The notes under the pieces: model-generated
Database searches by the model: none
The model's input: the letters and a program-made list of their open reading frames with translations, nothing else
What the model was told of the DNA's origin: nothing
Shown: one piece after another, positions 1-9,553 of the stretch
How the letters are laid out: the number at the start of each line of letters is the position of its first letter
How positions within the stretch are numbered: position 1 is the stretch's first letter
IMG/VR virus record: IMGVR_UViG_3300013426_000013
Coordinates: 1 to 61,579 of that record
Direction: 5' to 3' (one strand)
DNA: 61,579 nt
Origin: a virus
Taxonomy: Duplodnaviria > Heunggongvirae > Uroviricota > Caudoviricetes
Program-made: the position numbers and the translations under genes

Positions 1-1008
1 ATCAAGCTTCAGTGAAACAAGTTGTGTCGGAACTTCAATAGGTAATTCTTCACGCTCTTCTGGCGGAATAGGATCCCCATCTTTCATCTCTAGTATTTTG
101 TAGTCATATGCTTCATCTAGTTCACGCTTTAAGTAATCCCAATTGCAATTGCCACCTTTAATATTTAAAATGAATTTGCCATCCTTCTCTTCAAAAGATT
201 TAATGTCCATTTCTCTTCCCCATGACTGACCTAATCCAAAATCAATGAACATCTTATTCCCATTCATCCAATCATAAATAACATTTGGTACTGTACCAGC
301 GTGAAATTGACAAATCTTAAAAACTGGAATTAATTCACCAGGGTAAATGTCAAGATATGTCGAATCATGAACACCACCAATCATTACTGATTGTAAATTG
401 TGCATCAACATCTCTTCTGCAATATGTGTACCTGCAATCCATGCCATACGGCTAGCGGATGATTGAATGCCACTATTCTGGCTTGCATTCATAGCATGAT
501 TTAACAACTTTCGGTTGCTTTTAGTGTCAGGTAACATTGCATCTGGTAATGGTCGAGTACAACCAAATACGTCAACAATGTATCCATGTTCACGGGCGAA
601 CTTGTGTTGATATTCAACATATGTTTTAATACCAGGGTATGCCCCCAACAATTTATCAATAATTTCTTGAGCTTCTTCGACAGTACATCCCCACTCTTTT
701 GAAAAGTTGTATGCTGATTTTCCATAGAGTAGACCAAACAATGTTGACTTCGCCTTTGAACGCAATCCAGAGTGATGTTCTTTAATTTCTTTATCACTCA
801 TGTCTTTTAGTTCAGGAAAAATATATCTGGCCGTATTACAATGCAGATCAGCGCCTGATAACAGTACATCTCGAAGTGTTGGATCACAACTAATAGCTGA
901 AAAAATTCGAACCTCCAACGTCGAAAAATCATAACTTAAGATTGTACCGCCACCTTTATGTGCAACTATTTGTTGTATCTTTTTTAAATTTTTATTGTTT
1001 TCTGCCAT
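1..1008 (-). CDS. polA: Family A DNA polymerase, C-terminal catalytic portion (split gene; 3' end runs off the window)
   Basis: Manual translation from ATG 1008 (RBS AAGGTG): MAENNKNLKKIQQIVAHKGGGTILSYDFSTLEVRIF (motif A), RSKAKSTLFGLLYG (motif B), VHDSTYLD (motif C), GQSWG. Frame is open to base 1, which is why the ORF track lacks it. Confidence 0.92.
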   Translation of the reverse strand, partial: MAENNKNLKKIQQIVAHKGGGTILSYDFSTLEVRIFSAISCDPTLRDVLLSGADLHCNTARYIFPELKDMSDKEIKEHHSGLRSKAKSTLFGLLYGKSAYNFSKEWGCTVEEAQEIIDKLLGAYPGIKTYVEYQHKFAREHGYIVDVFGCTRPLPDAMLPDTKSNRKLLNHAMNASQNSGIQSSASRMAWIAGTHIAEEMLMHNLQSVMIGGVHDSTYLDIYPGELIPVFKICQFHAGTVPNVIYDWMNGNKMFIDFGLGQSWGREMDIKSFEEKDGKFILNIKGGNCNWDYLKRELDEAYDYKILEMKDGDPIPPEEREELPIEVPTQLVSLKLD

Positions 1009-1146
1009 TTCACACCTTTTAGTTGTTTATAGCGAATTAAACCAAGAATAAAATTGTTTCAAGTTAAAAAATTCTTCAACAGTTACATTTTGACGTTTAG
1101 TATAATCAACCATTATCAAATAGCCTTAAGTTGTTCCATTTGTACA

Positions 1147-1175
1147 TTTATACAACACGTACAAACAAATGTCAA
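1147..1175 (-). promoter_or_regulatory. sigma70-like promoter upstream of the polA half-gene
   Basis: Minus strand TTGACA(1175-1170)-N17-TATAAA(1152-1147). Confidence 0.55.
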
Positions 1176-2102
1176 CTATTTCTTTTCCCAAATCAAAAGA
1201 ACTTCTCCGTTTCTGGATACGTTACCTTTACGTTGAAAATGGTTGTTATTTGTGTGTGAACCAATTTCTTGTTCTTTAACGAAATCGAAAACAGCATCAT
1301 CAACGACGCTCATCATTTTTTCTTTATATTTATTACTGATGATGAAAGAGAAGATTTTGCAAGAATCTTTAGCTGTTGCAGTATCAACAGCATTTTTCCA
1401 CCAAATTAAGAAATCCTTTTTTGAAAGGTGTTCAGCACCTTTATCAGAATATATTTCCTGATTAAAGTATGGCGGACATGTAAATACAGCTTCATAATCC
1501 TGTTCAGGAATGAAAGTGGCAGCATCCTCGTTGTTAAAATAAATTTTATCAGAAATGCTATTATCAAGTTGTTTCATATCTTTATACATTTCTTTAACAT
1601 TATTGTATGTTGCTGTATTGATGTCATTATAAATGTATGTGATATCTGGAATAGAAATAGCCCCTAGACAACGGTGTCCCCAACCACCACAAGGGTCATA
1701 GATTGATTTTACATTAAAGTCTTTAATGAATTGTTTAATGTAAAAAGGTGAATGATAACTTTTGCCACGGTAAATTCCAGATTTACGAAAACCTTGAATA
1801 ACTTCACCTTTAGTTAATTCACCAAAACCTTTATTGATGTAAAATTTGCGGTTTTCATACAACCACTCACGCAATGGTTTGCCATGATAATCTTCGTTTT
1901 TATTCCACATATCAATCTCATGTTTAAACATTTCTTTTGATTGATATTTATTAATAATCTTATTTGTATTATATAATGCGGAATACCCACGATCTTCTTT
2001 TTTGATGTGCTTCCATTCTTGCGCCACTGATTTATCAGATACTTCGATATAAATATCATCATAATAGGAAGCAGGGTATTTAGGTTGTATTGTAGTTGTC
2101 AT
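1176..2102 (-). CDS. Amino (N6-A/N4-C) DNA methyltransferase
   Basis: SAM-binding IYDPCGGWGHR and catalytic FTCPPYF motifs; likely start is ATG 2102 (MTTTIQ). Confidence 0.8.
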   Translation of the reverse strand: MTTTIQPKYPASYYDDIYIEVSDKSVAQEWKHIKKEDRGYSALYNTNKIINKYQSKEMFKHEIDMWNKNEDYHGKPLREWLYENRKFYINKGFGELTKGEVIQGFRKSGIYRGKSYHSPFYIKQFIKDFNVKSIYDPCGGWGHRCLGAISIPDITYIYNDINTATYNNVKEMYKDMKQLDNSISDKIYFNNEDAATFIPEQDYEAVFTCPPYFNQEIYSDKGAEHLSKKDFLIWWKNAVDTATAKDSCKIFSFIISNKYKEKMMSVVDDAVFDFVKEQEIGSHTNNNHFQRKGNVSRNGEVLLIWEKK

Positions 2103-2262
2103 TTTAGTTGTTTCCACAAAATAGTCAAATTTTAGATTTAGGAACAGTGTACACAAAGAAGAACATTCTGTCAATTCTAAAGTTAAATAAATTGCGAATT
2201 TGTTTAGAATAAATATGTAAAGTTCTAAATTTATAATTTAACACAACAAATGGTGTATAACA

Positions 2263-2523
2263 ATGTCTGAAGAAGCTTTAAATTTAGATAATCTACCTGA
2301 ATTGACGCAAGATGCTGCTGATGAAAATATTAATTCAGATGTGGCAATTAACGAACCTGAAGAAGTTGGCAATGAAGAAGGTGTTGCTAACGTTGATGAA
2401 GACAACAATAAATTTGAAGAGTCAGTTGTCGAACTCTTCAATAAGAGTTTAGTTGAAATGGTTGAAAAAGAAACATATGATTCTGAAGCTTTGCGTGAAG
2501 CGTTCATTAAAGCTTTAGGTTAA
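2263..2523 (+). CDS. Small acidic hypothetical protein
   Basis: 86 aa E/D/N-rich ORF with GGTG RBS. Confidence 0.7.
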   Translation: MSEEALNLDNLPELTQDAADENINSDVAINEPEEVGNEEGVANVDEDNNKFEESVVELFNKSLVEMVEKETYDSEALREAFIKALG

Positions 2524-2544
2524 TTGTCAAGATAGGTTGTTATA

Positions 2545-2997
2545 ATGGCGAAGAAACCAGTTGCATATCATTATGATGATAAAGGGTATTATATTGGTGA
2601 AATGGAACGCCAAATTGACCCGTTGGAATCTAAATTGGCCGGTAAAGATATCTACCTGATCCCTGGAGATTCCACTTTAACAAAACCTTTAAAAGAAAAA
2701 GAAGGTTTTAAAATTAAATGGAACAAAGAAACTTCTGAATGGGAATACGAGGAAGTTGAAAAAGAAAAAGAAATCGAAGAATATGTTCCAACAGAAGCAG
2801 AAAAGATACAATCTGAAATTGCAGAAAAGAAATGTCTTTTAAGTCAATCTGATTATAAAGCAATTAAATTTGCTGAAGGTTGGATTTCAGAAGAAGAGTA
2901 CGCACCAATTAAGGCTGAACGTCAAGCTATTAGGGACGAAATAAATGCCCTAGAAGCGCAGTTAGCTGAAATCAAAGCAACTACTACCGAATCTTGA
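2545..2997 (+). CDS. Tail fibre assembly chaperone-like protein
   Basis: YxYDxxGYYIGE...DPLES...YLIP...KP...W pattern of Tfa-like proteins, plus C-terminal SDYKAIKFAEG...RQAIRDEIN. Confidence 0.65.
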   Translation: MAKKPVAYHYDDKGYYIGEMERQIDPLESKLAGKDIYLIPGDSTLTKPLKEKEGFKIKWNKETSEWEYEEVEKEKEIEEYVPTEAEKIQSEIAEKKCLLSQSDYKAIKFAEGWISEEEYAPIKAERQAIRDEINALEAQLAEIKATTTES

Positions 2998-3016
2998 CAA
3001 AGTTGTTGTGTTAAGC

Positions 3017-3049
3017 AGAAAGGCCGCTTTAAGCGGCCTTTCTTTTTAT
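3017..3049. terminator. Bidirectional intrinsic terminator
   Basis: Inverted repeat AGAAAGGCCGCTT/AAGCGGCCTTTCT with T-tract, between convergent genes. Confidence 0.85.
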
Positions 3050-3051
3050 TG

Positions 3052-5742
3052 TTATGCAATGTTGATTTTTGGATAACGTTCCTTGACATAAGGATGAATT
3101 TTATCATCTTTATCAGTGTAAACGTAGAACAATTGTTTTCCAGTGATTTGTGAACCACATGCTAACGGCATATCTTCTTCAGCAATAGGTTTCATCAATT
3201 CACCTCCAGGCATTTTGAAGTTGTAAATGTTTACAATAATTTTTTCAGGTGCAAACAAGTTATTTTCTTCAACTTTATCAAGAGGTGAAGTATAGTCTTG
3301 ACAAATCAACATACCGGCCCATTTTGGAACTGTTTCCCAATAGTCGCAAGAGCAGTTGGTAAAGTTAACTGTCATAGATGTATTCGTTCTGTTTGACAAA
3401 CGCAAAACGTTTGAAACATGTTCGAAATAGCAATTATTAAAGTTAACAACAGCGTTGGCTTGCGTACCAAAGATTGAAACAGCGTTGTTTGTAAAGTTAC
3501 CACGGAAGTTGCAATTTTCAAACAAAATGTTTTTAGCCAGTTTATCACCAGATAAGCCAATTTCAATACAGTTATACAAGGTTGCATCAATATTCATATT
3601 TCTGAAAGTAATTGTTTCAGAGTTACTGACAGCAACAACTGTATTTCCGCTAGATTTCTTGAATTCGCCAGTGATCGTTGTATCAATCAGACGAGTTTCT
3701 TCAGCAGCAGAAACCTTTACACGAGCGTCGTTTGTAACTTCGACACCTTTTAGATCAACTGATTTACCTGTTGCATTCAATGTCGCAGCAATGTTACCTG
3801 AAATAACATAATCTTTTGTTGTATCAGACAATGTTGTAGGTTCAGTTGTTTCGATTGTAACAGGTTCAATTGATGTTTTTGCTAATTGAGAGACACGTTC
3901 TTCAAGAGCAGTTAAGCGTGTTAAAGCGGATTCAGCTGAACCAGACGCTGATATCGCAGTTTGTTTAACTGAATTCAATTCTGATTTGTCAGCTTTCAGG
4001 TTGATAGAACCATTCAAACCTTCAACTTCAGATGTCAGTTCAGACTTTTCAGCTTTTAATTCAACTTTACCACTTAAATCTTCCAAATCAACTTTATCCG
4101 CTTTAGATTCCAGTGAAGTATTAAGTCCAGCAACAGAAGTGTCAACATCAGCTTTATTCGCCTTTAAAGCTAAATCAGCAGACATTTCTTCTTTTGTCGC
4201 CAGGGCCGAGAGATCAATACTCGTAATCTTTTCATCAACTTCAGCTTTTGAATATGTATCAGCTTTATCAGCTTTATCAGCAAATTTAGCATCAACGTCG
4301 TCTAAAGCAGTTTTGTCAGCCTTAAGATCTAGTTTTTCAGAAATAGCAGAAACTTCTTCTTTATCAGCTTTTAACGCTAAATCTTTATCAGTCGCAATGG
4401 TATCGTTATCATTGATTGTTGCGGCATCTTTTGAATTCAAGTTTAAATGAACTTTAACTGAACCAAAATCAGCAACATCCCATTTTGAAATCATTGCAAG
4501 GTTTGCACCTTCGCCAGTTGTCATAATACCAGAAAAGGCATCATGGTTTTCTAACTGAATAATTTTACGACCTTCGTAATCACTGAATGTAACAACTTTA
4601 TCTTTATTAACATCCAGTTTATTTTCTTCAAGTTTCAAATTTTCAGCTACTTCAAATTTATCTTGCTTTTTGGCAACTTCGTTCATTGCAGCTTCTTCAG
4701 CAGCTAATGCACGTTCTTTTTCAACATTCAAATCTTCTGAAATGCCAGCAACTTTTTCATTGACTTCAGATTTTTCAGCAAACACTGAAAGGTCAATTGT
4801 TTCAGATAGTTTATCCCATTCAGAACCATCCCAAGCATAATTCGCACCTGTTGATTTAACGTTATAAACGTCACCAATTTCTGCATCTTGAGGTAGATCA
4901 TTTGTTGTTTCAACTTGACCTTTATACTTCATGAAAGAGCTTGTTTTAGCATCAACTTCAGCTTTTGTATAAGCATCAGCAATACCATATCCTTCAAGAG
5001 TTGTAGCTTTATCAGCTTTTTTGTTTAATGTAACAGAAAGTTCAGCTTTAACAGTTTCAGCAGAAGATTCGATTTGAGCCGCTGTAGAATTTGAGTCCCA
5101 ATAATTATCAGCTAGATTCTTTTTATCAACAATCAAATCTTGTTCAACAGTAGATAGTTTTGAGCTTAAACCTTCAACAACACTTTTTTCAGCTTTAAGA
5201 TCAACCTTTTCTGATAGAGCAACTACGTCATTTTTTTCAGCTTTTTCAGCTAAAGAAGAATCAACTTTTGCATCTAAATCAGAAACTGATGATTTAACTT
5301 CGGCAATAGCAGTTGTGTTTGCTTGAACTTTACGTTCTAGAGCAGCAGTTGAACCGCCTTCACCTGATTGTTCTACCCAATCAACGAAGCCACCTTCCAT
5401 AACTGAAAGAACTTTTCCTTCTTGACCTTCTGATGCAGGCAAACATTTGCCAGCAGGGGTCAATTCAGAGTTTTCAGTAACGTATTTACCGTCTTCGTCT
5501 TTATAAAGTTTCGTATATGTGTTTTTGACTTTAGCATCATTGCGAGCTAAATGAACAGTGATAGCAACACTGCTATCAAGTTTGATTTCACCCATATCAG
5601 ATTGAAAACCGTCTTTAGAAGCAATCCATTTTACGGTTGTTCCAGCAGGTACTTCAATTTGGTTTCGAGCAATTTCATTTAACTTAATGCTTGCATCAGA
5701 AACATTATCTACGAATAATTTAAACTTGCAAGTTTTAGCCAT
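3052..5742 (-). CDS. Tail fibre/virion structural protein: coiled-coil KAD/KAEK repeats and C-terminal beta-helix-like domain
   Basis: Many LKADK/LKAEK repeats; YKGQV..LP..AEIGDVYNV...YAWDGSEWDKL fibre module; C-terminal FxNCxF repeats typical of parallel beta-helices. Confidence 0.7.
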   Translation of the reverse strand: MAKTCKFKLFVDNVSDASIKLNEIARNQIEVPAGTTVKWIASKDGFQSDMGEIKLDSSVAITVHLARNDAKVKNTYTKLYKDEDGKYVTENSELTPAGKCLPASEGQEGKVLSVMEGGFVDWVEQSGEGGSTAALERKVQANTTAIAEVKSSVSDLDAKVDSSLAEKAEKNDVVALSEKVDLKAEKSVVEGLSSKLSTVEQDLIVDKKNLADNYWDSNSTAAQIESSAETVKAELSVTLNKKADKATTLEGYGIADAYTKAEVDAKTSSFMKYKGQVETTNDLPQDAEIGDVYNVKSTGANYAWDGSEWDKLSETIDLSVFAEKSEVNEKVAGISEDLNVEKERALAAEEAAMNEVAKKQDKFEVAENLKLEENKLDVNKDKVVTFSDYEGRKIIQLENHDAFSGIMTTGEGANLAMISKWDVADFGSVKVHLNLNSKDAATINDNDTIATDKDLALKADKEEVSAISEKLDLKADKTALDDVDAKFADKADKADTYSKAEVDEKITSIDLSALATKEEMSADLALKANKADVDTSVAGLNTSLESKADKVDLEDLSGKVELKAEKSELTSEVEGLNGSINLKADKSELNSVKQTAISASGSAESALTRLTALEERVSQLAKTSIEPVTIETTEPTTLSDTTKDYVISGNIAATLNATGKSVDLKGVEVTNDARVKVSAAEETRLIDTTITGEFKKSSGNTVVAVSNSETITFRNMNIDATLYNCIEIGLSGDKLAKNILFENCNFRGNFTNNAVSIFGTQANAVVNFNNCYFEHVSNVLRLSNRTNTSMTVNFTNCSCDYWETVPKWAGMLICQDYTSPLDKVEENNLFAPEKIIVNIYNFKMPGGELMKPIAEEDMPLACGSQITGKQLFYVYTDKDDKIHPYVKERYPKINIA

Positions 5743-5801
5743 AGGCTTTATTTCCCCATCATAAATTTAGTTTCCTATCTTTAGAACGGAGAATTAAAAT
5801 T

Positions 5802-6206
5802 TTAATCTTGCTTTAGTTTCGTTTCATCAATTGCACCGTATTTTACATGCGTGATAGTTCCATCATCATCAGAATAATAAACATTTTTAATTCCAACGTG
5901 ACGGATAATCTTTTCACACATAGGACAAGGTTTTGCACATCCTACAACTTTATCTTTCGAATAGCGATAGACCAAAATCGAGCAACCTTTAAGGGTATTC
6001 CAATCTACTTTAAGTAAAGCCGATTGTTCAGCATGCAAAGATTCAGGCCAATGGCGATGTTTCATAGGAATGCTTGAACTACGAATATCATTATAACCGC
6101 GAGAAAAAATACGTTTTCCCTTAAAAATGATAGCCCCAATACGAGGGTAGCAAGTAGATTTTTTAGCTTCTTCAATAGCTGCATTAATAATAGATTGGTA
6201 AATCAT
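5802..6206 (-). CDS. Cytidine/dCMP deaminase-family zinc protein
   Basis: HAE (SLHAEQSAL) and PCxxC (KPCPMC) motifs. Confidence 0.85.
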   Translation of the reverse strand: MIYQSIINAAIEEAKKSTCYPRIGAIIFKGKRIFSRGYNDIRSSSIPMKHRHWPESLHAEQSALLKVDWNTLKGCSILVYRYSKDKVVGCAKPCPMCEKIIRHVGIKNVYYSDDDGTITHVKYGAIDETKLKQD

Positions 6207-6272
6207 TTAGTTTCTTCTTTTGTTGAACAATAAGTTATACATATCATATAAAGAAAACATTGTCAACATATT

Positions 6273-6446
6273 TTATAGTTCATTTAGAACATCAGTGTAG
6301 TTTTTAAAAATTACATCATTTAAAGCTTCTTTTGCACTTTTGTATTGTTTTACATAGTCATGATCAAAATTGATTAAATCATTTATGTCAGAAATATAGC
6401 TACATTGAAAAGTATTTTTTGGAGCATAAAGAATGATATCGGATGG
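6273..6446 (-). pseudogene. 3' remnant of a fourth paralogue of the 7909-9472 family, disrupted by the TnpB element
   Basis: Translates SDIILYAPKNTFQCSY...HDYVKQYKSAKEALNDVIFKNYTDVLNEL*, which aligns with the C-termini of the three upstream paralogues; 5' stub MQYFKVFQQ starts at 7897. Confidence 0.75.
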
Positions 6447-7866
6447 GAGTTTAAAATAACTCAGTTATCTAAACAATTATAAATTTTATATAAATTTACC
6501 ATAGATTTAGATGACTTGAGTCTAAAAACTTCAGAATCAAAAGAATCTAAAGAACGGCGGTATTTCAATCCCACCGTTTTTAATATATCAAAGAGTTCTT
6601 TCCAGCTCGTATAAACCCAGCTTGCTGATTCCTTCCATAGGTTGAACAAACTGGTTGAGTCTATAAGCTCTGGATAAAACTGACCTTTGATATATTTGAA
6701 CATTGCACGTCGTGCAATTTCCAAACTTGCTGCTATTGGGTCTGGTGCTTCATTATATAAGTTCCCAATGAGTGAAGAATAAACAGAATTGACTTCTATG
6801 AAGTCTATTTTGTTTAAAAGACAATGCTTCTTTAAAGTAGAAACCAACGCTTCTCTTTTCCACTTATTCTTCGTTAATCTGTTGAAAGATTTACCTTTTC
6901 CTGAATTGTCTGATTTAAAATACAAATCTTCGATGCCAAATTTTCCAACATGGAAAAATTTGCATTTATTGATTATATCTTTCGCAATCTCTTTGATTTC
7001 AAAGATTCGCTTGTTGTTTTGGTACTTACTTTTCGCATCATCTGATGCTTTATGTAAGTTTCTTGAGAAGTAAGATAAATCATACTGCTCTTCAAGCAGA
7101 ATCTTTCTCTTTCCATTATCCCATTTAGAAATAGAAAATCCAATATAATTTGGATTCATATCAATTCCTGCAACAACATTTGATTTTCCATTATAATTAG
7201 TACAATAGATTTTGGAATCGTCAAAAGTAATACAGATCTTATTCAATTTTAATTCTACACTAAAATTGGATAATTTCTGATTACATTGCTCTTCTAAGTT
7301 GATTAATTCATAAAGATAATTCTTATGAAGTTTTGGTAACTGAAGATTGATATGTTTAGTTTTGGAAAACTTAAATATAAATTGGTTGCTCTCAATATCT
7401 AATTTGAATTTACGGTTTCCATTAGCTAATTTCTCACCCTGCGAATAAATCCCAAGCAATCTACCTGATTTAAACTCATCTTTATTTGATTTATGCTTCA
7501 GTCTTTGCAAGAAATTAAATTTTCCACCAAAGATGACATTTTCTTTATTTGCAAGAAACAAATAATTTGCTTTCTTAATTGCACATTGAATAAACCAAGA
7601 ATCTGAAGGAATATTTGATAAGCTTTTAGAAAGCAATCTAATATCTTTTTCAGATTTAGAATCTTTGTATCTGTTGAACGCATATCTTACCATATTAGAT
7701 GACTTCCGAATTTCATCTCTGATGAAATCACGGTCGTCTTCTGAACAGGTATATGGTAAGCTAATTGTTTTCAAATTTAGAAACCTTATAAAATTTCTTA
7801 TTTTTGTTTATTATAAATTATAGAAAATTAAAAATCAAGACTTATTTTAACAATAATAGTAATCAA
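6440..7866 (-). mobile_element. Non-autonomous IS200/IS605-type element (tnpB only); ends approximate
   Basis: TnpB-like ORF with no TnpA, lying between two pieces of a phage gene. Confidence 0.65.
6461..7774 (-). CDS. tnpB: TnpB-related RNA-guided RuvC nuclease
   Basis: RuvC-I VAGIDMNP, RuvC-II FGIEDL, EVNSVYSSLIG, RuvC-III PDPIAASLEIARR; N-terminal VRYAFNR; 437 aa; no Zn finger. Confidence 0.8.
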   Translation of the reverse strand: MKTISLPYTCSEDDRDFIRDEIRKSSNMVRYAFNRYKDSKSEKDIRLLSKSLSNIPSDSWFIQCAIKKANYLFLANKENVIFGGKFNFLQRLKHKSNKDEFKSGRLLGIYSQGEKLANGNRKFKLDIESNQFIFKFSKTKHINLQLPKLHKNYLYELINLEEQCNQKLSNFSVELKLNKICITFDDSKIYCTNYNGKSNVVAGIDMNPNYIGFSISKWDNGKRKILLEEQYDLSYFSRNLHKASDDAKSKYQNNKRIFEIKEIAKDIINKCKFFHVGKFGIEDLYFKSDNSGKGKSFNRLTKNKWKREALVSTLKKHCLLNKIDFIEVNSVYSSLIGNLYNEAPDPIAASLEIARRAMFKYIKGQFYPELIDSTSLFNLWKESASWVYTSWKELFDILKTVGLKYRRSLDSFDSEVFRLKSSKSMVNLYKIYNCLDN

Positions 7867-7908
7867 TAATTTGTTGGAACACTTTAAAATATTGCATTAT
7901 GACACCTT

Positions 7909-8433
7909 TTAGATAGTGTTTAAAACATCATTATAGTTCATCATTTCAGGTGAGTTTAGAGCATCAAGAAAAGAATCATGATCATTTATGATTCTAAAGT
8001 TTTCTGAATGTTTTCCAGATGCAAGCATTTTAATATCTTTAAATTCAATGTTTGAAAAAGATTCTGTAACTGTATCAACAATAACATTACTTACATCATT
8101 ACAGAGCATTAATCCTATAGATGTATGTCCTAATTTGTTATCATACAACGTATAAATTATTGGTTCAATGTTATATCTGTTTAAATATTCATCAAGATTT
8201 GTTATCATGTCTTTAAACGAATCATGATTGATACATGTAGAGTCATGTAGAAGACTATAACCAATAGACTTTACAACATGTAAAAATTCAAAATTTAATT
8301 CTAGGCCAGAAATCGCAAGAGCTTTTTTATCGTAAATGACTTCAGTGTCTGTAACAAAAAATGTTCCTAAACCTGATTTAGCATCATTCGCAACAATATC
8401 AAACTTTTCTATTTTTAACATGTGCAACCTCAA
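7909..8433 (-). CDS. Hypothetical protein, tandem paralogue (ends YNDVLNTI)
   Basis: C-terminus similar to the two adjacent ORFs. Confidence 0.75.
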   Translation of the reverse strand: MRLHMLKIEKFDIVANDAKSGLGTFFVTDTEVIYDKKALAISGLELNFEFLHVVKSIGYSLLHDSTCINHDSFKDMITNLDEYLNRYNIEPIIYTLYDNKLGHTSIGLMLCNDVSNVIVDTVTESFSNIEFKDIKMLASGKHSENFRIINDHDSFLDALNSPEMMNYNDVLNTI

Positions 8434-8939
8434 ATTTCATCCAACACATCTGTATAGCTTAAAAAGACCGGATCTTTAAAAGCTTCTGAAATATTGTTAT
8501 ATGTCTTAAAATAATCATGTTGTTTATCAATATCATCAAGAAACAATGTGCTAACATAACCTAATATTATATTTTTATATAAAGGCGAGTATATGATAGC
8601 ATCATCAACTATAGGAAGAATGATTTTAGGGGTCTCTTTTAGATCTGCACTTTGCCAAACATAGCTATTGATTTCGCCTAATTTGTAAACCTTTTTATAT
8701 AAATCTTCAACATCAGTTAACAATTCAATATCATTAGAAAAGTTGATTTTTACATAATCATCACCTAAACGATCAAGATTTCCTATATTATGGCTTACAT
8801 TTACTACGTATCCAATGTTACCATCATTATACTGCGAAAAAACTAGAACAAAGCATTGTTTGTCAATTGCATAAAAATTTCTTATATGATGACCTGAATC
8901 GTTTGTATTTTCAAAAATATATTTGTAAAAGATAGACAT
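8430..8939 (-). CDS. Hypothetical protein, tandem paralogue (ends YTDVLDEI)
   Basis: EAFKDPVFLSYTDVLDEI is shared with neighbours. Confidence 0.78.
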   Translation of the reverse strand: MSIFYKYIFENTNDSGHHIRNFYAIDKQCFVLVFSQYNDGNIGYVVNVSHNIGNLDRLGDDYVKINFSNDIELLTDVEDLYKKVYKLGEINSYVWQSADLKETPKIILPIVDDAIIYSPLYKNIILGYVSTLFLDDIDKQHDYFKTYNNISEAFKDPVFLSYTDVLDEI

Positions 8940-8950
8940 TAAAGTTCCTT

Positions 8951-9472
8951 TTATATTTCATTTAATACATCAATGTAATTGAGCAATGTTGGATCTTTCA
9001 AGGCTTCATACGCATCCTCATACTCTTTAAAATAAACAATGTCTTTTGTTAGAAAGTTTGGTATTGCAGTGGAAAGGATACCTTGAATATTATCTTCGTT
9101 GAAGTTGTAAATTATTCCATATTCACCATTTTGTAATGTTAAAAGTATTTCAGGTTTGCTGTTCAACTCTTTTAAAACAACTAGTATTCTTAATGGGATG
9201 AATTCATAAAACTTTTTGAATTCATTAACACAATCATTAAACAAATGTTCAACATCTTTAAAATAGTGTTTATCAGTATTTGTAAAAGATATTGGTATTC
9301 CTATTGTAGGAGACGGAAACATGCTATGGAAAATAGTCTCATCTTCAAATTTTTTTGTAATTATAATGAAAAAGGCTGAATTATTAACAATATATTTATT
9401 GCATACAGTTACTTCTTTCAACTTTTTGTTGGGCATTTCTTCATAATATTTAAAGTATTTTGACATTTTCAT
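8951..9472 (-). CDS. Hypothetical protein, tandem paralogue (ends YIDVLNEI)
   Basis: EALKDPTLLNYIDVLNEI is shared with neighbours. Confidence 0.78.
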   Translation of the reverse strand: MKMSKYFKYYEEMPNKKLKEVTVCNKYIVNNSAFFIIITKKFEDETIFHSMFPSPTIGIPISFTNTDKHYFKDVEHLFNDCVNEFKKFYEFIPLRILVVLKELNSKPEILLTLQNGEYGIIYNFNEDNIQGILSTAIPNFLTKDIVYFKEYEDAYEALKDPTLLNYIDVLNEI

Positions 9473-9553
9473 TTTCTAACAACAAAGTTTCACACTGGTT
9501 TAAGAACCTAAAACATCAATATTTAATTTAAAGCAAAAATAAAGGCTAGTCAA

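Noticed and set aside
501..797. Track ORF 501-797 and the many antisense or overlapping ORFs (e.g. 3455-4450 +, 21579-22378 -, 25872-26696 -)
   Set aside because: They are alternative-frame or antisense shadows of motif-supported genes.
1009..2174. Group I intron or split intein explaining the truncated polA
   Set aside because: The upstream ORF is a methyltransferase, not a homing endonuclease; the polA start has no HN-C/S/T intein junction and has its own RBS and promoter.
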